Below, one piece after another: positions 39,204 to 50,964 of a stretch of 64,000 nt of DNA. The translations under genes were made by a program, and so were the position numbers. How positions within the stretch are numbered: position 1 is the first letter of the stretch; every line of letters begins with the position of its first letter. The stretch comes from Auanema rhodensis (lineage: Eukaryota; Animalia; Nematoda), in NCBI GenBank assembly GCA_964057225.1, contig OZ059894.1:10230001-10294000 (forward strand). Reading direction: 5' to 3'. The notes under the pieces are model-generated. The model worked only from the letters and a program-made list of their open reading frames with translations, searched no databases and was not told the DNA's origin.

Positions 39204-41553
39204 ATGGCGAAATCTGTATCTGTTAAATGGCAAATTGCCAATCAAACTCGCCGATTCACAGCTAAAGTAAGCTTAATTTCAATGAAATATTAAAAGTGAA
39301 TGAAAAACTCTTAGACTGAAACTGATGGAAATCTTTATCAAAATCTCATGTCTATAGCATGTAGCCTTGTCGATCGTTCCGATTTTGAACTTTACTGGAT
39401 TGGTTGGTGATATCACTTATATCATGCATGAATTAGATCCCCATATTCAGATGAAGATCAAGAGTCTATTGTTATTAAATCTGAAGCTGAACTTCAAGAG
39501 GCTATTAAGTTTTCTGATGGAAAGCTTTTACGTTTGACTTCTGACTCCACAACTACTACTACTCCACATTCCCCAATTGGGGCTGTTGCCGCAAAAGCCC
39601 CTACTGCTCCAGTTGCCCCATGTGTGCCTACGCAAACTATGGATCCTGCGCAAGCTACTGTAACTGCTGATTTCGTAATATTTACCAAAATTGACGTTTA
39701 GTTACCAAATGGCGAGCTCTTGAATGTTCCTCATCATGGCGTCTTGTGTGACCTCTGCAATCAACAAGTCGTAGGATGCCGCTTCAAATGTCTAATCTGT
39801 TTTGATTTCGATTTATGCTCGAAATGTCATGATTCCGGTTTGTTATAATTGGAAATCAATACGTGAAGATGAGTCTTACAGGTCATCATGTCGAACATGC
39901 CATGCTCCGTATCTATCATCCTCGCATCACTGTTGTACCATGGGGCGCTCGCATCCGAAAACGTACGTTTCTGACCGCAACGTTAAAGGCATTTGAGCAT
40001 ATTCTTTACAGGTTGTGGGCCTAATATTCACCATCGCGATCGTACACGCGAAAAATGGCAAAAACATTACAGTAACATCAAAGAAGTAGGAAATGCTGTA
40101 GCATCTGCTCTTACCAGTTTAGGTAAGCAGTAACTAGGTTGTGACAAATCGATATTATCGATATTTAGGTATTTCAACAACATATGAAGTCCGAAATCCT
40201 ACTCCTAATAATGAATCCACGACTCCAGGTAATATATGGAAACATGAAGCAGGAAAACATTTGGACATTATAGAAGCTCCTCCACAATGTGATGAGCGAA
40301 TTCTGAAGAAATCGAAAGAAATGACTTCTGAAACTGAAACTCCTATTGTTGGACAGTCCACTTTGTATGATATTATGAATCCTGATCAAAACGGAGTTAC
40401 ATTTGGTGTTACTCTTCAACCTGACCACCCACCAATCATTGAGGTTTTCGAAGGCAATCATGACGAAATTGTTTGTAACCTTCTCATGATTCAATCATAA
40501 CTGTCATCCTTTTCAGGAAAATGATGCTAGAACCACACTTATGGATGATGACTCACATTCTTATCAAACTGACAGTGATATAAGGTGCTAAATCCATTAT
40601 TGATTTGTTCATACAAGAATATTTACAGTGAATGGGACTGTGTTACTGACGAATCTAATCGTGGCTCTCCTCAGGAAAGAGCGGTTGCCACGGCACCATT
40701 ACTACCTGCTACTGAAAATGTTGATGCTGATCCATCCGCAAAAGTAAATTCAGTGAACTCTAAGCTGTAGAAACTTTATTTCTTTTAGGCTCGTGAAGAA
40801 GCTAAGAAAATAATAAATCTATTGGCTGCACAAAATGGCCTAAAACTTCAAAATCATAGTCCACAATGTGTAGCAATGAGACAACATCAACTAGTTAACC
40901 TCGCCAATGATAACTCAGCGCCTGCCCAACAAGATTCTTTATCTTCTAACGATTCTCATGTTTACCCTGTTTTGTCCCCTACAACAGAGCCCCTTATACA
41001 GGTTACTAGTATCCCAACTACTTCTACTCCTGACTCTAATTCTGAACTCGGTGGTATAAGCGCTCGTGTACTTAGTGCAAGTCGAGCATTAACTTCTGCA
41101 GTTCTTCAGCACACACAAATTCCTATTGAGTTTTTGAGAAATCCTCCAAAGACTACCAGAGCTTCGGAGACATCCCAAGTTCCTTCTGAAGCTTCGCAAA
41201 TTCCAACTCAAGCTACCCAAATTCCTCCTCTATCTTCCCAAATTCCTCCTCTATCATCTCAACTCCCTCCTCTATCATCCCAAATTCCTTCCCAAACATC
41301 CCAAATTCCTCCTCAAATATCCCAAGTTGCTCCACAGAATTCTCCGGCTTTCGCCAATCTTTCTCTCGCAGAACTAAATGCAGCAATATCTGCAGCACCA
41401 CGTGCCGAAAACACCGTAATGAACGATATGAGCTGCTTCGTTATGGAAACATTGGAAAGCATGGGATTTCTGAAAGAAGACATTATCAGAGCTTTTAATG
41501 CTGGTCACGTTGATGTTGTTGATTGCATCAATTATTTGACTAGAAGTTCTTAA
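39204..41553 (+). CDS. sqst-1: Sequestosome/p62-like autophagy receptor (PB1-ZZ-LIR-UBA)
   Basis: PB1: [39 protein letters not shown]: [49 protein letters not shown]-like DSDISEWDCV (W at 40633). C-terminal [35 protein letters not shown]. Could be a sqst-family paralog rather than the strict ortholog. Confidence 0.88.
41173..41340 (+). repeat. 21-bp (7-aa, SQIPPLS-like) coding tandem repeat, ~8 units
   Basis: [56 protein letters not shown]; tcccaaattcct core repeated. Confidence 0.9.
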
Positions 41554-42325
41554 ACAACAAAAAAAAAGACTGTAAATATCAATTCTGTATTTATAAAATA
41601 CCCCAAACTTGTATAAAACTAATTAATATTTTCATGTAGTATAGTTGTACAAAGAAAACATTCGTTTTTTAATTCTGTACTGTTGATAATAAATTATTTT
41701 ATTGATTTATTGATTTATATAAATCACACGTTGAATTAGCATATAAACTTTTTTTTTCACGCCAAGCACATCATTTTGCGTTCAAATGACGATGTGCATG
41801 GTTGGCAATTTTCGAAAGCAACAGATCAACGACTTTGAAAATAAGGGATTTACTTGATAAACTAAGGTCTAGATATGTATATCTAGTGGATTTGTATTTG
41901 TTTCTTATAAGAAACAATTCATAGGAAGAAGTATATCGATGAACTAACTATTTAAAAATTATAATTCGTCTCCTTTATTCATAATGATCATTTTAAAAAA
42001 AAGTAAAAATCGTTAAAATAAAAAATATTTTCGAAACTTTTCACTAATCATTGCATAGGATTTACATTTCTCGTAAAAGAGGGTTGAGTTTTTTCTGCAT
42101 TATTGATTGCTTTTATGTTGTCAAATATTTAAGAGGTCAAACAATCAAATATGAATATTCTACAGAATTTCAATTAATTTCAAAAAATGACTGATTGATA
42201 TTATATGTTTTATATATTATTATGAATGTCATTATCTATATTATCTAAATAATTTTACAGAATTTTGAAAAGTTTGGTGACATTCCAGAAAATCCTCAAA
42301 TATGGGAATAATTTACATGTTTAAC

Positions 42326-42352
42326 TACCGTAACCCCAAGTGAGCTACCGTA
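42326..42352 (+). promoter_or_regulatory. Tandem TACCGTA motifs (germline-promoter/LSL-1-type) upstream of the orphan gene
   Basis: TACCGTA at 42326-42332 and 42346-42352 (20-bp spacing), followed by splice-site-bounded non-coding segments leading to the ATG at 43062. Confidence 0.45.
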
Positions 42353-43061
42353 TACGATGAGAACGCCCCAGCCTTCAACGTGACCTAAGTATGTTTTATC
42401 TCATTTATTTCCTCATTGAAGTTTCTTCACACTCTCTTATATGTTCTCAGATTATGAGATTTAATTTTCTGTCTTTTCACAATGCATTTTACATTATTTT
42501 CTGTTCAATCTGTTTCCATGCATTTAAGGTTTTTTAGAGATTTATAACTTTTTAATATTATTATAATAAGACTAATAGTAGAACTTAATCTCAACCTGTT
42601 AATTAATTAATATTTTTATTGAAAGAGTAACAAAATCATATCATAATCGTATTAGTACATCCTACTTACCCTACAGCGTAATTTAAGGAATCAATTAAAC
42701 ATTTTTGGATCAGATGTAGGAGATCCCAATGGGAAAAATATGACAATAAGCCTGCTTGCCGTAAGCAATCAAAGCAAACCATGTTTGATTGTTACTGTAT
42801 GACACTTCTGGTTATGTCTGAGAATTGTGTAAGATCAATCGTCGTATGCGACACAAGATTGACCTCTCTGCTCAACCAAGATCAATATCATTCGAACCTT
42901 AACTCCTCCTCCAAAAAAGTTAAGCCCTCCTATATTTTCAAATATTATACAGATAATATACTGCCCATATATAGCCTTTAGATTCACTGCCTCTCTAATC
43001 TTTTATATGTCATTATATTTCTTCTTTCTTACTTACAATATTTTTCCATTTCAGTCTAACT

Positions 43062-45264
43062 ATGGGAGATCACAAATTTATTCCCAATAGATCATATAGA
43101 AGGGTTTACAGAGATCCTCAGAGAAATTTTGTACAGAAGGTTTGTCAGATAATAGAGCCGAATCGGTCTAACCAGAGCTTTTTCAGATATATGCAATGCC
43201 TGATCCCCATCTCTTCTTCAAGACCTACATCTCAGCTAAATCTGAATTAAAATTCTTCAGCATAGGTAAGTGAATTATAGCTTAACTGTTTTAGTCATAA
43301 TAAGTTATAGATGGTTGTAATGAAGATGAAATCACTTCTAGTGAAGGGATAAAGGAATGTGCTCGAGGCATGCCTATGAAAGGCCTCGCAATTCAGTTAA
43401 CACGACGTCACCCGGGAACTCGGGAGCAATGTCGCCAATTTTTTATTTCAATTATGCGGAGATTAGAAGGCGTTCTTGATCGAATACTAGAAGATACTAC
43501 ACCAGAAAATAACACACCAGAGCCAAATAAGCAAGCATTCATTTTACCAGAAACAACCGTACTTGAATTGAATATACCAACAATTCCTGAAACACTTAAA
43601 TTGGATGTCGTATATGAAACTGCTCTGCAAGAACAGCCAGGATATCAGGAAATTAGAGGAGAAGACACTGATCCAGGCTATACTGATGAAGAAGATAATG
43701 AAAACTTGAATGAATTGCCACTTGATAATAAAACTTCAACTCAAATTAATGATGTAAGAGCGGCAAGAAAAAAACGGACAAGTGATAAAGCGGTAAGAAT
43801 CGGAGAATATTCTGGAATGTTTAACTACTTTTTCTTTCTAGATCATAGCAAATCTGAATAAAACAAAATTCAAAATAAGACGTCCAGTTATGATGACGGT
43901 ATATCAGTTCTATGATTCAACTTTTATTCAAAAAGTATATTATAGAATGGGTATAGTCTACAAAGAGATTCTGAAGTTATAGATTCTTTCACTAAAGTTA
44001 TTAAACGTGTTCATTGTGATGATTGTGCTACTCATGTGGAGTTAGCGATGCTCCATATAGGTTAGTTAGAAATAATTTTAATTTTTTCCAAAAATCCAAT
44101 GATTCTTTTCGAATAAAAAAGGTTTTCTTTCTGGTTCAATATGATATCATACTTCCCGTTTCAGATGATACTCTAAGCTGTAGTGGATGCAATGAGGATC
44201 GACTGGGGTATCTTAACCCTGCACATGTTTTTCCTCGAGGAGGTTCAAAACGGAAGGAGAGAAAAGTTCCATATCTGCAACCTCAACGTAATACAACTTC
44301 AACTATTGTGGATCCAACACCTTCAGAAGCTATGATCAAGGAGCATTTATCTAACTATGGTGTTGAAAACTATACTGTATTGATGAGCCACACAGAAAAG
44401 AATACTACGGATCAGAAACCAAAAATCGTCATTGGCGAGCCTCTTCCACTAGAATACAATGCCTTTGAGTCTATGAAGCCAAAAGCGTGTAAATTCAGTC
44501 AAACCACATTTGTGATTCCAAATGTGCCTGAAGAGGCAGCCATTGAAGACCCTGTAATTGGAGAAAAATCTGAGCCTATTTCAAAAATTGTGGAAGAACC
44601 AGCCAGGGATTGTGCTTCTGAGATATTGAAGATGATAACCGAAAAGCCACTCCCTAAACAAGATCCACGTAATGGATTATGGAGCATCCTTCCATTTCTT
44701 TACAAATTCAAGAATTCTAAAAACGAAGCTTGTGGACATATGCGTATGAGCATGCTTACTGGAGATAACGTAATGGAAATAAAGAAATCTGACAGCACTG
44801 GAAGTTCTGGAACCATCTATATGGCTATTAACTATGAGACATACCCAGGATGCGACTTTGAGCCTACTCAGATAATCAAAAATAAGATTGTTAACTGCTT
44901 CAAACACGAAATGCATGAGTTTACTCCACGTAAACCTAAACGACAACGAAGTTGGTCTGATATGGGATCAACAACTTCTGGATCAATGAGTGGATTTAGT
45001 CGTTTCTCCAGAAAGAGAGATATTCAGCGTTCGCCAGAAATAGACTACAGAAGACGTCGTCTGTCACCAAACACACCAGCTTGGGAACATGCCCCATCCA
45101 ACCTTCCATCAGGCCTTCGTGTGGAAACTTCATCTGATTCTATTGCATCAGGAAATTTCGATCACACAACACCCATCAGACCGCCAATCGAGCATGACGG
45201 AGCAAGACAACCATCCCGCACCAAGCTCCGCATATCCAAAAGGATTGCCAAGCTTTTTAAATAA
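43062..45264 (+). CDS. Uncharacterised 636-aa protein with a CxxC-x16-CxxC motif and an Arg/Ser-rich C-terminus
   Basis: Six exons join in frame (43062-43139, 43187-43265, 43311-43792, 43842-43898, 43946-44060, 44165-45264; 1911 nt). No family recognised. Confidence 0.8.
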
Positions 45265-45783
45265 ATTTTCCGAGTTTGTTAATAATTTCGAAATTTGAAT
45301 AATATTATTTCTTATTTTCTCATATTCCTATATTTCATATTTATCCCTTTTCCATAGCACCAAACTTCAATACATGTGTAAAATAGTCATTGATAACTCA
45401 GGTAAACCAGATGTCATCTTGACACTTGTCATCTCATCTCTCAAACACTAAGCTTGAGTACAACAGACTAATATATTATATAATTTAAACCTCTTCCTCA
45501 TCTTCAATTCTGAAACTCTATTATTCTCTCATGTTATCATTTAGAAAGTTGAAAAATAAAGTAAAAACAAAAAGAAATATAATATATAGTATATAGCAAC
45601 AATAGTATAATATGAGATATTTTAGAGGAGCCTTATGAAAAGAAATCTAAAACATCTTTACTTAGTGAAAATAAATAAAATTATTTATTTTAATATTGTA
45701 ATTTATTGTTTATATCAAATGCAGATATAATATTAAAGCGTTATCCTATATGAGGTTCTATATGAATTTAGCTTTAGATATAT

Positions 45784-46863
45784 TCATGAAGCTACGGTTT
45801 CAGCTTTTCTTATCCATATAACCTTATGTCTTAAATCATCTAATATGAAATCTGGAATCATGTAGTCGTTCAAGCTTCTATTCGGTCCAACTTCATTCAA
45901 TTGACTATTACTTTCATAAACATCTTGATATGACCATATTGACATATGTCTGTAATTAATATTGTATTATTTTAATAAATAAATTAATAATACCGGCTTT
46001 TTCCATGATATGCAAACATGTAAAGCTTTGAAGCTTCAACTGTTTCAGGTGGATCATTAGAAAACTCTAAACTTCTTCTATCTGGAGTCACGTAAAGATA
46101 CCCTGTCTACACACCAGATATTCAAGATCAGATCAAGAACACAAGGAAATTGAACTCACAACTAAGGCCCAATGAGCGGTATGACCATTCTTCTTACATG
46201 GACTAAAGTTTCTATCACAATCATATGGTAATAACAATGCTTCTCCATCAGAAAGCTTTTTAACTAATTCAATTGGTGAAGGGAACTTATCTACATTACA
46301 AATAATTGCATTTGACCATACGTTTTGTGCTAGTTGAGACAACCAAGTAGCTAAATATAACTTCAATTTACATATGTATTGTAAGCAATTTAAAATTATT
46401 TTTAAATATTGAACTTCACACTCCACTCATTACATTTGAAACTTTTTGTTTTGTTTGAACGCTTGAATGATATTTCACGAACAGCTAATTGATAACCACA
46501 AAGTAAAATATTATTAACTTACTAACCAGAAAACATTTCTCCTTGTTTGGTTATGCGCATGTTCTTAGCTGTACTGAAAATATCATCCACCGTAATATTA
46601 TTTAATTCTAACAGTGTGCTAGTCATTGATAACGCTACTATTCCACATCTTAAATATTATAAAGATAAGATACTATATTCAAAACGTATAATTAGCTTAG
46701 CTTACGTTGGTCCGACTTGAGGCACATGAACAACACTTTTATAACAGTATTGGGCTCCACTTAAATGTGTTTCTTCTTCATTTTCGCATATTTTTGAATG
46801 GTATTGTAATATAGCTTCTATTTTATAGAAGAGGGAAGGTGGAAACTGCTCAACATTGTGCAT
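45784..46863 (-). CDS. ACTMAP: Actin maturation protease (ACTMAP/C19orf54, UPF0692)
   Basis: Spliced motifs VPQVGPTCGIVALSM (catalytic Cys region), TKQGEMFSA, LLLPYDCDRNFSPCKKNGHTAHWALV, FAYHGKSRHMSIWSYQDVYESNSQL. Confidence 0.9.
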
Positions 46864-49439
46864 ATTAGCTAATTTCTAGGCGAGGAGCACTTCAGTTGTG
46901 TAGTAATTGTCAGTGGGGCGTAATTTAGCTATATAGCTCGTTTTCTTCAAATGTTTCATTGATACTATTCCAAATTAAATTTAGGAAAAGTGATCTAAGA
47001 TGTAGACTTGTATCTAAAATTGATAAAAATAATGATAAAATTGTTTCTCGTTACACAACTGATAAACAGTGGTTTATAATGTTTTATTTTTAATTATATT
47101 TTTTCTAAAAATGAGCCAGAATCAAGAGGACAGGTACAGTACACCTCATGATTTTATTCTACCCTGTCCTTATCAGTATTAGTCTTATTTTTTAAAGAAA
47201 GAACACAGAGAGACAATTGAAATTTGCATTTAATTTTTGTTATTTCTCAATTACTCTCTGCTCCCCCCTCTTCACACACACACACACATTCACACACACA
47301 CACCCCTCCACACCCCTCTGTTTCCATCTCTTTCAAGATCAATTTGATATATAATATATTATTATTATTATTGTAAAATAATACTACGTCTTCTATTTAA
47401 AATATCAACTGTAATTAGAAGCAGAAATTTAATTAAAATCACACATCTTCTTGATCATAATTTTTGATTTTTGAAATCTATTCAGTATGTTGTATTAATA
47501 TGCAGAGTTGCCAGAGCTAATCGAAACTCGAAGTTGAAATTGCATCAGACAGGCAGACAGATACACATACATACACACATAAACATAATATTGATGAGTG
47601 ATAATATGTATTTTTTATCAGCTGTTGATTATTTTTCATCATCAACTGGAAAAAAAAAGTAAGAGGAAGTTAAACCATTATGCTATTGTTATGCACTGAT
47701 CAAAGGTCTCCTCCTGAATTGTTGTTGCAGTCTGTGGCCCATTTATTGCTAGATCAGCTGTCATAGACTACTACATTTGTATAGGGTGAATAGTGCATAA
47801 ATGTGTGGAAAATGAAATTATTTCAAAATCGTTGCTATGAGCGAATAGAAAAATTGCAAATATTATCTATTGACAAACAAATTCTTTTTTTTTTTATTTC
47901 AAAAATCATATTATGTTGATCAATGGTTCCAATAGACTCAATAGATTGAATATTTGTTAAGTACATACATGTATTTCTATGAACAATTGTGTAAATTTAT
48001 TTGAATATTTCTTTTATGAAAGGACAGAATAATTTGAAATAATTAAATGAAAATAATGTGTACGTGAACTATGTACATAGGATTGAGAATTCATAAAAAA
48101 AATTCACTCCCGAACCATGTTTCATAGTAGTATCTCCAGCTGAGCTTCTTCGGAACCCCAAAGCTCATTTAAGCTGTTGCTTTCAAACACTCGTGTTATT
48201 TGAAGTCAAATTCTAGGATATGTATAACCACTGTGAGCCATCTGCTTATCAGCTTGAACATCAGATGAATTGCTTACACGAACATCAGTTGAACGATGTT
48301 GGAAACTCGTTAGTGTAAAATCCGGCTTGCAGTTTCAACATGCTTCTTACATTATTGTCTGAGTTATGTTATAAAGACATTATATTTTCATCAAGTAATC
48401 CGCTTAGTAGATATTAAAGTGATGTTCCACTATATACTTCGTCATTGTACGTAACATAATTCACCTCTGAAAGTGCATTGAATTTGACGGGCTCTCCATA
48501 ACATCGAATGTAGGAAAAATAATCGATTATTAAAAGTTAAATTCCTTCAAAATAATGAATGAAAAATAATAAAAAAGAGTAAGCAATAGAACATATTATT
48601 CTAGAATTAATCTTTGTTTTGCACAAAAAATACTTTGGTAAATATTATTTTTTAAAATCAATTAATCGATCATTGATGTGCATTGATATCAACTTCTGCA
48701 AAATGATGTCAGCATATGGATTGGTCCTAGTCCCATATTTGAGGACAGAGCTCACTTGGTATGATGTTAATCTTTCCGAATTGTCCAAGCCGTGAACGTA
48801 CTAATAACGAACACGGGACTACTATATCGGATGATGTTGAACTATCGTGTGTGAACTATATTCACCGCCTTCGCTTTGCGCCGTATTTCTTATGGGTTTA
48901 CACTAGTTATAGTGTTGTCATTTATTAGCTAAATGTTCGTTAAACTTTCTATTACGTACCTCTCGGTTTAATATAGTTAAGAAGCCACTTTACAATACTT
49001 CAGATTAAATGAAAGCATACTGATCATCTCTCCCTCGAGGTGATAATAACATCTACTATTATCTGTACTATCTAGTTATCTTATTTTCTAATACTCTTAC
49101 GACAAAATATTTGAAAAATGTGAAATTTGAAATAGCTGTCGTTTCAAAGCAACATTGACATTGTTCCCCCATGTTTTAACTTCTCAATGTCATTCGTACC
49201 ATCCTTGCATAGTCCTCAAGTATATTTATCTTTGGCAAATCGAAACTTTCACTTTCTGTCTTTTACAAGAGGCATTTTAAGATACCTCTACCTGCATGAA
49301 TTGTTGGCATTCATAAACCAGTTATACGAATCGGATGATTGCCATCGTCTCGTGACATCAACTATTCTCTATAATTGCCCGGACATTATCATTAGTCAGA
49401 AAAACGTCAACATTGGTTTAATGATTCAAAGAGATTGTG

Positions 49440-50964
49440 AAAATAACTAAATTTTTATTGATATATAAGTTTTGCAACATAATCACACTGAACAGAATAC
49501 AATATGTTCGAATATGGATATTGTGTATAAAGTATCTAGCATGTCTAAGTAGAAAATTCTAGCGAGGCTATCTATAGTAAATAGAATCAAAAAACGACGA
49601 CTGCTCAGCCGAGTTCATAACGTTGAATAACAAATAAATATTCTAAAATTTTCAGCTGAACAGTCATGGCTAAAGAAAATAGCATGCAAAGTAGACAAAT
49701 GTAACAAAACTATTAAATATGAAAGGTCACTTTGCACCCTATACATAAAACATCCAAAAATGTAAAAAAAAAGAACAAAAGAAAAGGAATAAATATAGGA
49801 TGCCAGAGGATCCATTTGAAAGAATGAAGGAAATCTGATAGGCTATGAAAAACACTGGTACCTTATGGAAAATGAATTAAACACATAAGAGCGGGAGCAA
49901 CCCTACATGACAGTAACCGGGTATGGGATAGTTAACCATGGTTCTCAAGGTGGAATTCACAGAGTAACTAGCCGTGAGAGGGTTCAGCTTCCCGTTTCAA
50001 CGTAACAAATCTGGCAGAATTATTACTAATTGCTCATAATATGCAGATTATTAAAATGTTACCGGTGAGGAACCGAGTACAAGGCAGATAAAACTAAAAT
50101 AAATGAACAAAAAATGAGAATTATTAAGGCATGATAAAGGATACTTAGAGGTTTGGAAGCGTAGTCGCCCATCGGAGAAGCTTTGAAAAAAGCCCAGAGA
50201 AAAAGAAGAAAATAAATTAAGAAAAGAATAATAAGTTATGGAACTGAATCGCAGCAGAACTCCTTAGAATTCGAATAAGGATCTGTATGGATAAGCCTCA
50301 TTCTGCATCATACTGTACAATATAGCAGCGAAACAGTTAGGAAAGAAAGGGTATTCATAAAAATCTACAGATTGATATATCTACAAAGAGAAGGAAATCT
50401 TCTTAGAAGTCTAGTGAGGTAATTAAACCTGGGATTAATGATTAGAAATGCAAGACAAAACTAGAATATATACTTTTCGGTATGTTTGACAATACCGAAA
50501 AGCTCTCCAAGAAGGCACAGAGAAGAGGCACAACACATATCCCAGATGTATCAAACGAGTAAAAAAAAATAAAAAGGAATAACCAATATCTACATTGTTT
50601 ACAATGTAATATACTGAGTTGGTATTAAAATAAGCTATGCTGTTAAAGGAAAGGGAAGGGGGCGTTAAAAGAAAGAAAAGAAAAGAAAATGATGGTCTAG
50701 ATCGTATCTAGGCTTAAATATAGATAAACGAAACCGGCAAACCAAAAACTGCCTTAAACAACATTCACTATCAAGAGCCATGAACTGTTTTAAACAAAAC
50801 AGGATCAAGAGAGCAGATGTTGTTCCAAAGACTACTTTGAATAAACTCAAGAATTCCTTTAATGCACAAAAAAACATCTAGGCCAGACTTGAAATGGTTG
50901 TAAACCAGGTTGAAGTCTTAAAGAAGAAATTTTACATCAGTATTATTTAAAAACACTAACCCAA
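49440..50964 (-). promoter_or_regulatory. Putative ~1.5-kb ccch-1 3' UTR with AREs, miR-124 sites and stem-loops
   Basis: U-rich on -; first AATAAA seen at 49454-49459. UAUUUAUU at 49633-49640 and 49788-49795; miR-124 matches at 50081-50086, 50125-50131 and 50512-50518. Confidence 0.5.
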
